NCBI RefSeq assembly: GCF_030144855.1
Contig: NC_082722.1
Span: 19,220,001 to 19,284,000 of the forward strand
Source: Hypanus sabinus
Taxonomy: Eukaryota
Length of the DNA stretch: 64,000 nucleotides
Direction: 5' to 3'
A program made the translations under genes and the position numbers. Positions 63,522-64,000 of this stretch are shown in pieces (positions within the stretch are counted from its first letter, which is position 1; every line of letters starts with the position of its first letter). The notes below the pieces were generated by a model that had not been told where the DNA came from, ran no database searches, and saw only the letters and a list, made by a program, of their open reading frames with translations.

Positions 63522-64000
63522 TGTATAAATAAACCAATAAGAATAGGATGTCTTCTGATCCTGACTGCAAAAATTCCAAGGTGATCAATGACACCAATTT
63601 CAATTTAATGAGTTTAAATGAAATATCAAACGGAAGAAATAACATTAATGCACATTTATTTCCACGAACTCTGTTTATTAAGGTAAAAGGATGATGTCAG
63701 CATTTGTGCTAACAAAAATTGTGTAGACTAACGGAGAATCATCAATACAATAAAAGAACTCAAACACAGTGCGAACAAATAAATTTGCGACCAGGTAATA
63801 CATAACGAGATTTTAAAGGATGTAATCAAGCATTAGATGAAAAATTACAAACGGGGCGTTTCAAGAAGATGTGGTGAGGCAAATGTAGCTATAGAAAAGC
63901 ATCTCAATTATGGTGTACTGTATTTAGCTGAAACATGCTGTGCAGTAAAGAGTTGAACATGAAAACAGGAAATACATAGGAAAAACAAACTGAAAAAGAA

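Overview
Vertebrate genomic DNA, AT-rich and repeat-dense. The repeat landscape (CR1, Penelope-like/GIY-YIG, V-SINE/HE1-like, L1, Rex1, Gypsy) points to a cartilaginous fish, probably a ray; this is inference. The window holds a minus-strand cluster of an Ig-superfamily receptor family. One complete 6-exon gene can be assembled by hand with canonical, phase-compatible splice sites: leader 54756-54801, germline-joined VJ-type domain 52980-53285, C1-set domain 48074-48367, TM 44098-44202, short cytoplasmic exon 43424-43467, and ITIM+ITSM terminal exon 39856-39993 (933 nt, 310 aa). It is a non-rearranging antigen-receptor-like V-C1 inhibitory receptor with SIRP/PRARP-like architecture. Downstream on the same strand are two orphan partial copies with no recognisable leader or V exon. 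One has a TM exon carrying an Arg plus a cytoplasmic exon whose donor is mutated, which uncouples its ITIM exon (12108-17030). The other has a divergent C1 exon joined to an ITIM exon with the TM region deleted (4833-7704). A ~2.3 kb non-genic block is duplicated at both window ends (490-2754 and 60450-63521), suggesting a larger tandem array with a ~60 kb period. About 18 kb of nested, decayed retroelements (19.9-38 kb) separate the intact gene from the orphan modules. No rRNA, tRNA or CRISPR features were seen.
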